Assembly: GCA_013265495.1 (NCBI GenBank)
Contig: MU058065.1
Location: 8,969,819-9,033,818, forward strand
Reading direction: 5' to 3'
Length of the DNA: 64,000 bases
DNA from: Vicugna vicugna
Taxonomy: Eukaryota
The position numbers and the translations under genes were made by a program. Positions 45,965 to 63,218 of this stretch are shown here, piece after piece. Under the pieces are notes generated by a model, which saw only the letters and a program-made list of their open reading frames with translations, did no database searches and was not told where the DNA came from. Within the stretch, counting starts at the first letter, position 1; each line of letters begins with the position of its first letter.

Positions 45965-48037
45965 TCAAAGCCTGTTTTTTTAATTGAGTTTTGGGTCAAT
46001 ATATTTTTCTTCTCAAAAAAACACATTTTCAGGTCTTTGCTCAAGTATCAACATATCAGGGAAGCCTTCTCTGGTCACTTTATTTAAACTGACACTACCT
46101 CTCACCCTGGAAAATACTATCCCTTCTCCCTAATGTATTTTTCTCCATCGCACTCAACGTCATCTGACCTGCCACATATTTTCCTTTTTATTTTGATTAG
46201 TGTCTGTTTTCTCCACATGAAGGGAAGGATTTTTGGAGGGGTTTGTTCGCTGCTGTTATCTCCAGAAAAGTGCCAGGCACACAGTAGGTATTCAATAAAT
46301 ATGCCTTTAAAATGAACCTGCATTTCTATCAGATAAACAAATGGAAAATATCATTTAATTAAATTTGCTTTAGGACAAATCAATGGGATTGCTCCAAAAC
46401 TTTCTCTTATAAATTACAGTTGTAATATATACATTTGTAATATAACTCAAAGAATTTTAAACAGGTTTTTTACATTTTAAATAATTCACACGGTAAAGAT
46501 GAATTATTTTTGTTATGTACCTTTTAAAAAAGATATGTTTCCTTCTTTTCCTACTGCAAACAAGAAACCTGGCACAAGAAGTCTTAAATCTCAGAAATAA
46601 TTTTTAAAGATTGAAACATTTTAAAATGGAATTTGAAAGGATAAAGTAATACTATCTCTTTGGATAATTGTAAGTCAATTTTTATACAGCAGTTCTGCAG
46701 ATTAAAAATGAAAACAAAAACCTGATTCAAACAAATCCTAACATCCACTAGGAAAATGAAGAGCCTCTCTTCACCATAGCGTAACTGAGGATTTAATATC
46801 AGCGCACGGCTGACAATATTCAGAGTGGATGTAAGTGAATCTTATCCTACCAGGCCTCTGAGAAGGAGGTCTGGATTTTAAAGCAGGGTATGGAAAAGTG
46901 TATGTACGCTTGCTGGTGAGAACATGTGTGCAGGCATGAAGTCATGTCGACTTCACAAATTTCCTTCCAAAGGAAGGTTAAGAATACGGTGGGACTATAA
47001 AGCTAGTTACCATCACAAAACCAAGCCACCCCTTTAACACATTTGCTGTAGCAATTTGATTTTTCACTTCAAAATTATTTTCCCTGAGTGGAAGATTCCA
47101 AATCTGTGGTGCTCCTCCTCCCAACTCAGTGTCTAATAAATAAGGATGTGCCTAAAGCGAATATGCTGTCCAGAATGTCAAACAATGGTGGTTGCAACAC
47201 CTATTAGGTGAATGACCTCAGGCAACTCATTTCCCTATCAACAGGGTGGTTGTTAAGACTGAATGACCTGGTATAGACACAGCACCTGGCACAAAGCAGG
47301 CAAGCAACACATTCATGTTAACAAATCCAGAACCTTTCCACCTTCTCACAAAACTTGTTACTAACACAGGGAGTGGCATGATGGTCCCCCAGTCACACCT
47401 GGCTCAAATTCCAAATTTAGGTCTGACTCCTTCCTCTACTGTCCCAAGACCTCCTACCTCCCTGCCTCCAACACTATTCCCCAATCCACCTTCTTTAAGC
47501 TTCCTTAAGCTCTATGATGTCTTCCCTACATGATGTAAGCTTCAGAGATGCTGGGACAATGTCTTAAAAAAAAAAACACATCTGCACTTTGGACAATGTC
47601 CTGCACATACTCTGCTCTCAATAGTGTTTGTTCGCTTGAAATCGAGTATATTTCAGATTGAATTATAAAGTAAAGGGCAAACCATATTATGGTCCAACAA
47701 GTTTGAGTCCTGCATTCCCTGCATTAAGCAATGACTGCAAACTGACTTGCACTGGAGGCTCAAGTCTTATTTCTGTCTAGTAAAAACCTATGCAACTTAA
47801 TACAAACAACATTCAGAGTAAAATCAACCACACACCTATTTTTCTTCCTCCAAACACTCTGGTACTAACTAGTCAGACTTTTTTTTTAACTAAATATATT
47901 ATTTGAGTGTCAGCAGGAACTAATTATCACTTTTACATTCCAGGAGCATACTAAGCTCCTTTATCTTTACACACAGATATATAATTAAGTTCCAAAGTCA
48001 GGTACTCATTCATTCATTTCCATGAACATTTACTAAC

Positions 48038-48191
48038 CTGTCACCTTGTGCCCCAGCAGAGGGCTGGGTATTCAACACAGGCAGCAGCTACACACAGCAC
48101 GTCAGATGCCAAGACTGTTGCGTTTGCGTGCACAGGGTGCCAGGGCCTAACTGAGACAGCTCTCTGGAGGTGGCACAGTGCGAATGAAAAT
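48038..48191 (-). other. STAT1: STAT1 non-coding exon 2 (154 bp, 5'UTR)
   Basis: ttcttttcgcag|ATTTTCATT...GGGGCACAAGGTGACAG|gttagt; resembles the human STAT1 5'UTR as I recall it. Confidence 0.85.
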
Positions 48192-48399
48192 CTGCGAAAA
48201 GAAGAAAATGTGACTGGTGGAAAGGGGCGGGAAGGAGAGAGAAGTTAAGGTAAATGGGGAGATGCAGTGTTTGGGCCGGGGGGTGCGGGGGTTCTATTTC
48301 ACAGGGTGTTTCTTCCTGCCAGAGCACGACTGGCTGTGGCAACAATGCCGTTCGACAACAGTACCTGGGATACGCGTTCTTCCCCAGATGACGGATTCA

Positions 48400-48800
48400 C
48401 CTGTCACTACTTAAAAGCTCGCCCTCGCCGGGCGTCCGGCTGCAGGCCCCAACGACGCCTGTCCAGACTTGCCCCACCCTGGCAGCCGGAACCTCACACC
48501 CACTCACTCTGCTCGCCGGATCGGCAGGGGTGAGCGGGGCGCAGCGGTGCTGCCTTTCCTGGGCGCGCCGGGTCGCCTCTGCTCTCTCTGGGGGGTCTGA
48601 CCCGCGTCGTCCCAGGAATAGCTGGGTCTCTCTGCAGACTCGGCTCGGGAAAGCGAAAGTACCGGCCAGGAAAAAACAGCCCCGGATGCCCCGCCTCCTT
48701 GCGCTCCCGCCAATCAGAAGGCTGCGCGCTCGGCCAATCGAACGCGGCTGTTCCGCGCGCGAGCCTCCTCCCTCGGGGGCCACTGGTCTGCCAACTTGCT
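48400..48800 (-). promoter_or_regulatory. STAT1 CpG-island promoter with ISRE/IRF-E, GC box and two CCAAT boxes
   Basis: CpG-dense. GGGAAAGCGAAAGT at 48647-48660, CCCCGCCTCC at 48689-48698, CCAAT at 48710-48714 and 48734-48738. No TATA box seen. Confidence 0.85.
48508..48730 (-). other. STAT1: STAT1 non-coding exon 1 (TSS position approximate)
   Basis: Donor GCAGA|gtgagt at 48507; GC-rich and similar to the human STAT1 mRNA leader (GAGCAGAGGCGACCC). Confidence 0.7.
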
Positions 48801-49039
48801 GGGTCCTTTCTTAGTCTTAGTGCAGGGCAGCTGACTTCTGTGTTGCAAGCAGTTCGTTGTGTTTACACATATTTTAGAGATTAACTAAAAGGAAGTTCTG
48901 TGTTTGCAGAGGCCCAAACCCCGAGATCCCTACATTGGCCCCAAACCTAAGAATTCGAGGCGGAGAACACAGGTGGGGACGTTGTCATTCTAGAAACTTA
49001 ACAGCTGACCTCCGTGTTGCTAATCCCAGGGGACGCTTT

Positions 49040-50080
49040 GCTGTCCTCACCTTACTTGACCACTCAGAAACCTGCGCAGTTGACGCCTCCATTCTTTTAA
49101 TACTTCTTCCTTGGCCATGATGACGACGCACCTAACTTGCTTCTTCCCACCTCTCTGGAATGCTTTCTCCATCTCTGCTCCACCTCTGCCACCAAACCGT
49201 TCAGTGTTAAGTATAGTCAGGGTCTGGATCTTGGTCTGTTTTACCTGCATGTCACACGCTGTCTTGTGATGAGCTCATCCACAAATTCAGTGTCCTAGAT
49301 ATGTAGAACTTCTAGCACCCTGTCCACACCTCTCCCCTGAGCTCCGCACCCATGTATACAGCCCCCACTTGAATGTCTGGTAAGCTCTGAAAACTAGTTC
49401 TGTTCAGAATGAGCCCATCATCTTTCTCCTCAGACCTGCCCTTTTTCTAGAAATGGTGCATGCCAGATAACTAGGAGCCACCTTTGATGATGCCTTCTCA
49501 CCCCTCACACCGGCAGTCCTCAAGCCTTGCTGATTCTTTTACATATTTCTCAAGTCTCATCACTTCTTGCCATCTTCTGCGCCATCACCTCTTTTCACTC
49601 ATTTGAATCCTTGCAGTAGATTCCCAAATGACTGCCTCACTTCAGTTCTTAACTCCCATTTAATCCATCGTCCACACAGCAGTTTGAGTGGTTTGTTTAT
49701 TTTTTTAATTGCAAAGCAGATCACGTGTTTGCAAACGTGAAAATTCTACAATGACATTTCTTATAAACTCCAAATTTCTTAATGTAGCTTACAAAGCCCT
49801 GGTTCCCCTGTCACTTTCTTTAACCCCATCATGTGCCACTCTTTCCTTTCCTTACTTCAGCATTTTTGTTCTTCAAATAAGACAAGCTCTTTCCACAAAC
49901 TCAAGGCCTTCTCACCAGCAGTCCTCCATTTGGAAAGCCCCTTGAGCCAAGTCCCCTTTGCCCAACTTCTTTGCTGGCTAACTCATATTTTATGTCTTAG
50001 CTAAAATCTAAGCTTAAATGTCACTTCCCCAGGTAGGAATCCCTAAGACCAGCCTAAATTAGGTCTTCTTGAATGTGTGC
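49040..50080. mobile_element. L2 LINE remnant upstream of the STAT1 promoter
   Basis: Pyrimidine-rich L2-like motifs such as ccatcgtccacacagcag, gcttacaaagccctg and cttaaatgtcacttcc. Confidence 0.5.
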
Positions 50081-50340
50081 TCATTAAATCAATTGGTTCC
50101 TTCAAGTAGACAGGACTTGAATCAAGCCTAGAATAATAAAGCAACTTTGGGTGGGAAAAGGATCTAAATAATTTCCCAGAAGTATGCTTATATATGTGTA
50201 TATTTTAGCTTTTTCTCACTTCATATCTATATGCTCCTTCTTCTTGTCACACATTCACCCTCACAAAGTCAGTACTGAACTGGTGATAGCAATCCCTTAG
50301 TACCAAAGTAGCAGCCTTCTGTGAAAAGGGATGTTAGGCC

Positions 50341-50342
<2 letters not shown>

Positions 50343-50383
<41 letters not shown>
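50343..50383 (+). repeat. Poly(A) homopolymer (~41 nt)
   Basis: Read directly from the sequence. Confidence 0.97.
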
Positions 50384-50384
<1 letters not shown>

Positions 50385-51049
50385 CCTTTCCCCTCCTACT
50401 TACCTGCACTAAGGGTCCAAACGATGTTCTGAAAAGCTGACTCTGGGAAGGGTAGATAATGTGTTCCACATATTTTTTTCTGATACTGTAAGATTTGTTC
50501 GGAGACTAGCTTCAGTATCGACAGGAGAATTAAATAATCTTAACGTTTGCAAGTACGATGTTTCTTTTTAGCTCTCCACATTCTGGTTGTCATCAAGTTC
50601 TGTGGATGCTTCCTTCCCTATGCCTTTATCCTCCTCAGTTTTCCCATCATCCATAATACCCCAAGCCTTCATCACTTCAGAACTGGAATGCTACAATAGA
50701 CCCTAGTTATACTACCTTCTTCTTGTCACTTTCCCCTCGGCTATATTTGCCTTATTAAATGCTCTAAAACACCACATTCATAGAGACATTCCTTGCTTAA
50801 AAGTCTTGGTAACCCTCATTGCATTCATGATAAACACAAACCTTCCTGCTAGTCTGGGTCCTCTACAGAATGTTCCTAACACGTTTTGGGGTGATGGGTT
50901 ACTTTTTATACTTTTCTTTATGTCTACTACGAGCACTATGACCTTCGTAGTCCAGACACCCTCACGAACAGCTTTTGAACGCCTGTGCTTTCAGGAGAGC
51001 AGCCCATGACCACCCAGGATGAGGTATACTCGGGGAGGTGCAGACTGTC

Positions 51050-51400
51050 AGGCTGTTTGAAAAGTTTCCAAAACAGCCGGGCCGGCGCGCGGCGGGAGGG
51101 ACGCGTCTGCTCAGAAGAGCCGCCCCGCGTGCTTTCTGGGAAACGGTCCCGGAGCGAGAAGGAGCTGGATTGAGAGGAAACCGAAAAGCGAAAGTTAAGA
51201 GACAGAAAGAGCAGTACGCAGGCGCGGGTCCGGGGCTTTCCAGCTGCCGGTCCGGCCGGGCCCGCCGGCGGTTCCCTCCTAAGGCCTCCGCTCGCTCTCG
51301 CGGGACCGCCGGCAGCTCCCCCGCGCCGTCCCTGCGCCCCCAGGCCCAGAGTGGGGGCTCTGGACAGGCCAAAAGGCGGAGGCGGGCTGGTGCCCCTTAA
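51050..51400. promoter_or_regulatory. Upstream CpG island, candidate IFN-responsive enhancer (GAS + tandem ISRE)
   Basis: GAS TTCTGGGAA at 51134-51142 and GGAAACCGAAAAGCGAAAGTT at 51176-51196, within CpG-dense sequence. Confidence 0.8.
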
Positions 51401-51680
51401 TTTTAGAGGGAAGGGGGGAGGGGAGCGTTTTCTAATTGCTTAAAGTGCTGGAAACTTTACCCATCCACTTCCATCTTTCTTTCTTCCCGTGGCCTGGTGA
51501 CGTCTCTAGCTACACAATATGCACGCGTGCTAACTCGTATCTTACTAGTCTTTCAAGCTCTGACCCTCCCAGAGCTGGCTGCCAGCCCTTAAGCCAGAGA
51601 CCAAGGTGAGGATTCTGGCTATTTATTCAGCCATCCTTTTCTACGCCTGCAAAGGAGCCTTTCTTCTGGGGTCTTCTCAT

Positions 51681-51683
51681 CCC

Positions 51684-51716
<33 letters not shown>

Positions 51717-51721
51717 CCCCC
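51681..51721 (+). repeat. Poly(C)/poly(G) tract
   Basis: CCCG C29 T C7. Confidence 0.95.
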
Positions 51722-52092
51722 AAGACGGAGTGCGGAAGAAGTATAATGAAGGAGAATCGTTCAGTCACCGAACCAGGATTTCGAAAGTTTGGCAGGCCCA
51801 GGAAAAATCGTTTTGGCCTGCCTGCTGTCTGTGTAACTTTCTGAATGGTTCCCAGAGGCATGGAGTGGGTAGGGTTTCTTTGAGCTCTGCTCAACCACTC
51901 TTAAAGGGCTCTAGCCAGTTAGGGTGACTTGGAGACTAACCTAGGACCTCTAGTGTGGGAGGGGACCGACCTTACTGGACCACAGCCTCCGGCCTCGTTA
52001 GAGTAAGGACCAGTCCCCAGGACTGCAAGTACACTGTACACGATTCTCGCAATGCCTAGGGACGTTTACTTTCACCTGTTAGATGGAGAGAA

Positions 52093-52250
52093 CAGGACTT
52101 GCTATACAATTTGCAGGGCCCAGTGAAAAATGAAAACAAGAGGCCCGTTATTCAAACTCATTAAGAATTTCAAGTATAAAACAGGGAACTATATTCAATT
52201 TCTTGTAATAAGCTATAATAGAAAAGAATCAAAAAAAGTGTATATATATG

Positions 52251-52299
<49 letters not shown>

Positions 52300-52463
52300 T
52301 TTGCTGTACCCCTGAAACTAACACTGTAAATCAACTACATTTAAATAAAAAATAAAATTAAAAAAAAATCAAGACAGCAACAGCAGAGCACTAAACTAAG
52401 CATGGAGCCCCTCTGAGTGTTCTGCCCTGTGCAAATGCACATGTTGCACACCCATCAGGTCCC
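52093..52463 (-). mobile_element. MER45A-like hAT element split by an L1 3'-end insertion
   Basis: caggacttgctatacaatttgcagggcccagtg...aagaatttcaag | acagcaacagcagagcactaaac...; the two halves join to the reverse complement of MER45A. Confidence 0.65.
52175..52368 (+). mobile_element. L1 3' terminal fragment containing a (TA)n run
   Basis: acagggaactatattcaa...ttgctgtacccctgaaactaacactgtaaatcaactac plus an A-rich tail; (TA)n at ~52255-52298. Confidence 0.75.
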
Positions 52464-54090
52464 TAGTAGGGAACTGGGGAGAAGAGGGATTTCTTCTGTA
52501 GAAACCTTGTTATGTGTTTAATGAAAACATAGATGTAATGAAGAAACAAATTATAACACCATTCCTTCCCACAGCCCTCGCAATAAAACCCAGAGCCTTC
52601 AGCTCTCCCCAGAGCCCTGCATGAGCTGGTCTTGCTTCCTTCTCTTACAAATCCTGTCCCATTCTCTCCATGCTTCACTAGGCTCTGCTCCCTGTGGCCT
52701 CTTTCTTTCCCTCAGGGATCCCAGGCTTTTACCAGCCTGAGTCCTATGTATATGCAGACTGCTCTTCAGGATGCTGAGTTCCTGTCTGGGTCATGGACTT
52801 CCTTCTTCTCATTCTTTAGGTCTCAGCTCAAATGTCATCCCAGAGAGACCTTCAGAGACTGTTTCTTCCAGTTACTCTATGTCACATTTATGTTCTTCAT
52901 GGTGCTTATTAAATCTTTTATTTGCTTGTTTTCATCTCTCCTCACCACGGGAGGGACTTTGTGCTGTGTTACAGCCTGTCTCCTCCCAATTTCCGTGAGA
53001 CAATTAAGCCTAATGCCTGAGGCATCTGTGCATTAATTACGTTCCCTCCTGTATATCTAGAATGGCACTAGGTAGTGTCCTTGGGAGAACTGAGAAAATA
53101 GTCAAGCAAACCACATTCTGGGTCTCGTGGTTTAGATATTAAACCCTGGTTGAGAAAGGCAATGCCTGATAGAGTCTCAAAAACATTTTTCAAACGAATG
53201 AATAACAGCATTGAACAACCCTGGGATCAGGAATCACAGGTTAAATCAACCATGCAGACCTCAGCACAGGCACCAGGCCTACTGAGCTAGAATTGAGGGG
53301 GAGGAGGATTAAGAGCACATGTATTCTGGAAAACGTCAATGAGAGCCCCGCTCCTCTGCACTCTTCCAATCTCTCCCCCATCTCCACCCTGCATGGATGG
53401 CCGCTAGGGCTCTTTCTATCTGCAGCAGCCTGTGAGACATCTAAGCGGATGGCCGTCAAGCCTAAGGTACGAGAGTGCTGTGCAGGACTTTCCCCAGGGG
53501 CGGGCGGAGCAAAGGCAATGAGTTTAATGAAGGGGAGTTAAGGGGGAATTTCCAGAACACTTGGTTCACCTGTGGGTGTCAGAGATATTAGGCATACATG
53601 AGATACCTAAATTAAAGGGAAGTCAGAGTGAGTTAATGCACAGTCTAATTCCAGAGCATTTCTATAGAGCTTGGAAGTCACGAGTGAGGTGAAGTCGAGG
53701 AAACGTCCACTGTTGTTTGAGCAATAGCAAGCATGTTTTGGTTAATCGGGTTGAAGTATAAAATTGGAGACTGCTTCATAATTCTAGAGTTTGGAAGATT
53801 ATAACGGGAATTTAGCTTAGTCTTGCAGGCAGATCAAGGAGCAAAGGAAAGAAACTAATTACTGTCCTGTATGTCCTTTAGTTCAAACACTAAATCATTA
53901 ACAAATATTTATGAAGAAGCAGACTGTGCTAGATTTTAGGGATATGACTGTGAACAAAGGCTTCTTAGTCTCTGTACATACAGAGCTTAGACTCTAATGA
54001 AGAGAACAGTTGATGTGCATTTACAACCAAGGTGATAAGAACGATGCTGGGTGATCTAGAGGATGTGGAGGAGGCATGACATGACGTGGG

Positions 54091-54092
<2 letters not shown>

Positions 54093-54122
<30 letters not shown>
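54093..54122 (+). repeat. (GT)n microsatellite
   Basis: Read directly from the sequence. Confidence 0.95.
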
Positions 54123-54123
<1 letters not shown>

Positions 54124-54382
54124 GGGCAGGAAGGCTTTGTGCACATTATCCAGGGGAAAGGGTAGATGGGATGGGGTTGGAGACTTGCAAGGATACAGCG
54201 GGAGGAGTAAGAGTGAGCATGGGCCATCAAAGAAACTGAAAGCAGTTCAGTCTTTGTATATTTTGGATGATAAGAAGCTATTGTTGGGGAGAACTGTTGA
54301 GAAATGTGTTGAAGACTAAGAAGAGACTAAATAATATATCACTTGAGAAAGATCTGTTGAGAATTATAGTCTTCATCCAGAG

Positions 54383-54958
54383 CTGGGATTCTTAACTAAT
54401 TTTTGTGCCATAGATCCCTTTGACAGTCTGATGAAACCTCTGAATGCTTTCAAAAAATAATGTTTGGGGGGAGGGTACAGCTCAGTGGTAGAGTGCATGC
54501 CTAGTATGCATGTGGTCCTGGGTTCGATTTCCAGTACCTCCATTAAAATAAATAAACCTAATCCTCCCCTCAAATAATGTTTTTGTTGAATATAATAAAA
54601 TACATAAGATTAAACAGGAAACAGATTACATTGATTACACTGAAACAGAGATAAAAATATTAAAGCCAACTTTGTGATATAGTAATACAACTGCGTTTTA
54701 AATTAATGGCATTCAATAAGATCTAGAAGTGACTGATGAATGCAATTTCAAAATCATGCTTAGCATAAGCAATATTTTGAGATAACTATAACAACTGTAA
54801 TGTGACAAAAATACATGGTTTATGGTTTGTTGCCATTATCCCACATTGAAGGAAAGTCTAAGTTTCAGTTAGAAGTTTATGAAAATAAAGTGCTAACTTT
54901 TGCCATCCAAACTCATGACCCTCAAGAATTCTATCCATACACCACAGGTAAGAACTGC
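54383..54958 (+). mobile_element. hAT-Charlie element (MER119-like) interrupted by a SINE
   Basis: gggattcttaac...tgtgccatagatccctttgacagtctgatgaaacc...aataaaatacataagatta...caggtaagaac. Confidence 0.6.
54466..54571 (+). mobile_element. tRNA-derived SINE (Vic-1-like)
   Basis: GGGGAGGGTACAGCTCAGTGGTAGAG...GGTTCGATTTCC with Pol III A and B boxes; 11-bp TSD aaataatgttt at 54455-54465 and 54572-54582. Confidence 0.85.
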
Positions 54959-57900
54959 CAAGCCAGAGAGCCATAAGCCCTTCGAAGATTTTAGGCAGAG
55001 ATTAAAATGATCAGATTTAATTTGAATAGAGCCTCTGTCTACACAGGAAGCCGCATGGAATTGTTTGTTGTATTTACTTGAAGGCTGTGGTGGAGAAAGT
55101 CCTTCCTCACATTTTTACAGTGTCCTCTTTGTGAGAAATGTTCTGTGCCTTACAGTGGTGGTTACTCAACTGTACGTGTTTGTCAGAAAAGGATGAATTT
55201 TATTATATGTAAATTATGCTTCGGTTAGCCAGACTTTTAGAAATGCAGGGAAATCAATCAATGTTCACAATCAATTTGAAAAAAGAAACAAGCCTCTATG
55301 TCAGAAAGTGGAAATGTGTCTAAGGAGGCCAGTTTGCTAAGTCTGAGCACAGCGCAGGGGTGCTTTTACCCCTAATTTTGTTCCTTCTACTGTACATGGG
55401 CCTCCTGAACCATATGAGGTAAAGAAGAACCCCTTGGGTTTGCCAGAAGTATCCTCTTCCTTTATGGCTCCTGGTGGGGGGCGGGGATTCCTTGCCACCT
55501 TAAGACTTTGAGGAAATCCATGGGCAGCTGCCTTCTTTCACCATTTATTCCAGATAAAGGCACTGATATTCAGTACAGTTGGTCACAGTGAGTCTTTACA
55601 TTAAAAAGAATTTGAAAAGGGATTAGTAAAATGGACATCTGTGATTAGTCTTGGATGGCTGAGGGGAGAGGTGAAAATGTGATTAATAGTTAGAAAATAA
55701 ATCTACATTTTGTTTCATTAAATGTTGCTTACTTGCCACTAGCTGGCAGAAAAAAAATATTCTAGGGTAGGACTGGGTGGAAATGTGGTCTAAATTCCTT
55801 CCCATTGCATTTCTGTCTCATGTGGCACTCCTTATCCTGAACTGAACAGGCATCCCCAGGAATCCCCTGACAGCATTCCATTACCCCCACAAAGATGGCT
55901 TCTGGAATGTAAAATTCACATCCTTGGACATAACTCTTTACCCTGGGAACTTGACTTTGATTTTCTCGATCCACTTATTGGGCTCTTATTCTTACTATGA
56001 GGCCGATGCCTGTATTACAGGGAGCAAACTACAGATGTCCTTGTAACGTCTACCCCCAAGTAATGCTGAATCACATATGAAAGCATGGTATTGTGCTGCC
56101 TGGCTCTATATGGATGAGTATTTCAAACTTCTGCTGGATAAGTAAGAGTCCATCATACTTTTAATACATTCCACAGAATAAAAAGCTTCCACAACCTTTT
56201 TTGGTATCTAAATCCAATCATTCAAGAGTGTTTCCTGGTGGAAATACTCTTTATCTTTAAAGGATAAAAGAAAATCTTTAAAGGATAAAACAATAATGAT
56301 CATTTTATAGTTTAAAATATCACTCAAGAGGAAATACTGAAGAGGAAGGAGAGGGAAATTCCAATGTGAGATGTGGGAAATTCTTGATTAAACTCATGTT
56401 AGAAGGGGGATAAGTATTAATCAAAAATATATACTAATTTAAAACCAGGTTAAAATACTTCCTTTACTTCTGCTGCCCACTGATACATGTGAATTTCAGA
56501 AAACTGGGCTTGTGGAGGGAAGTAGAGACTGAAGGAACGTACCTTGAGTTAGCCCGTGGTCCTACCTCAGACAGACACCTTTACCCAGAGAGCTTACTGT
56601 CAGGAGCTTGCAAAGGAGGAAAGGAATTGGCCTTGGGGCAACTGCAGAATATGTCCCATAGGAACAATCTAGAATCCAGTCAGGCACATGGTAGGTGGGT
56701 ATAAAGGGTGAGCTGGAGAGAAAGGAATCTCTCTAAGGGAGAAGGCAGGTTATATTAAAAACTTTATTTTTTCTTTCAAATCATTTCCATCAAACATTAG
56801 TTCCTTGTTTGGCCTGCCTGGGGGATGGGAGATGGTGGAAGAAGTTAGAGAGGAAGGAACCCTCTAAGGGGACTATCATCTCTGACTCTGTGGTCAGGAC
56901 TCACCTTGGACACCAGCCTCAGGACTTACTGTGTCTGGTCATGGGAGATGCCTCGGTATCGTGACTTCCTCCCCTGGCTCTGCAGCTGCTCTAGGGCCTG
57001 GCGACATGGAGAGGTCCCCAGGGCCTGGGCAGTGGGGATCCCACACTACTACTAAGGGCAGGAGCTGGGCAATGGCACCACTAAGCATCCAGTCCAAGCA
57101 AGGCAAGGATCAAAACAAACCTGCAGTTCGTATACATGCATTACCATCCAGTTAAAAACCTCCCCTCCTGCATCATCAGAGAAAAGTGAGCGGATGGAAC
57201 TTCCCATCCCAAACTCCTTTCTGCACGCTCAAGTTGGATTCATGGGACCAGAGACTCTCAGAGCTTGTAGGAACCATAGCCCACCCAGCCCAGCCTCTTC
57301 TAGAGATGAAGCACATACCACCCAGGGCTTAAGTCACTCACCCAAAGTCAGGGCTATTATTCTCCTCCCAGGCCTCAATTCATGAGATTTTTACCCATGC
57401 ATCTGCTTTCAGTGTGGTTTGCCTGAGATACCACCAGGAATGACTCTGGATTTGTCCCCCTAACAGGAGAGGTATCCTTGGAAGTGGTACCAGCAGCTGT
57501 GACCCCTGAAGTTGGGACAGTGTTGACATGGCAACCAAGAGGTTACCTAATTGGCCCCAGGACACTATGTGAATTGCTACTGTTAATGCCCCATCATTAC
57601 TTCCATCGTGTATCTGGTGTGATGACTCTGACCTGCTACAACTCAGGACATCAGCTTATTTGGCTTTTTTCATCAGGCCTTGCTGCTGGCTTTTGAGTAT
57701 TGTAGGTGTGATTCTGTTATTATTTACCTATTGTGAAATCTTAACACTCAAACCTTCTAGAGCCAAAATCGTAAGTGACAGAGGAGAAACAAAATCAGAA
57801 ATGAAACAAATGAGTCTTTTGTTAATATTATATTAACACTGGTTTCTTTAAGTGTTTTATCTCGCAAGTTTATCTGAAGCTTTGGTGTTCAGCATCTCAG

Positions 57901-58076
57901 TCACTACACTCTCCTTTGGTGGTGTCATGCCAGTGAGAGGGAAGCTTCAGACTTAAACCATTTCCTGGAAACCGGTATATACAAAGCTGAAGAAATAAGA
58001 TGTGATTGTTGGCCAAGAACAGTCTTTAAGCTTTTTCATTTGCTTCCTTCTTTCGATTGTCAAGAGTTTTATCCTT

Positions 58077-63218
<5,142 letters not shown>

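Noticed and set aside
50320..50390. Poly(A) run as the tail of a processed pseudogene
   Set aside because: No recognisable upstream mRNA-like or SINE body, and no convincing TSD.
54466..54545. tRNA gene (also at 62512 and 13377)
   Set aside because: The tRNA-like heads are followed by SINE tails and, for two copies, TSDs. They are retroposed SINEs, not tRNA genes.
57962..57970. Isolated GAS-like 9-mers (TTCCTGGAA in the STAT4 3'UTR; TTCCAGGAA at 6557-6565)
   Set aside because: TTCN3GAA has six fixed bases and is expected every few kb by chance. There is no supporting motif cluster.
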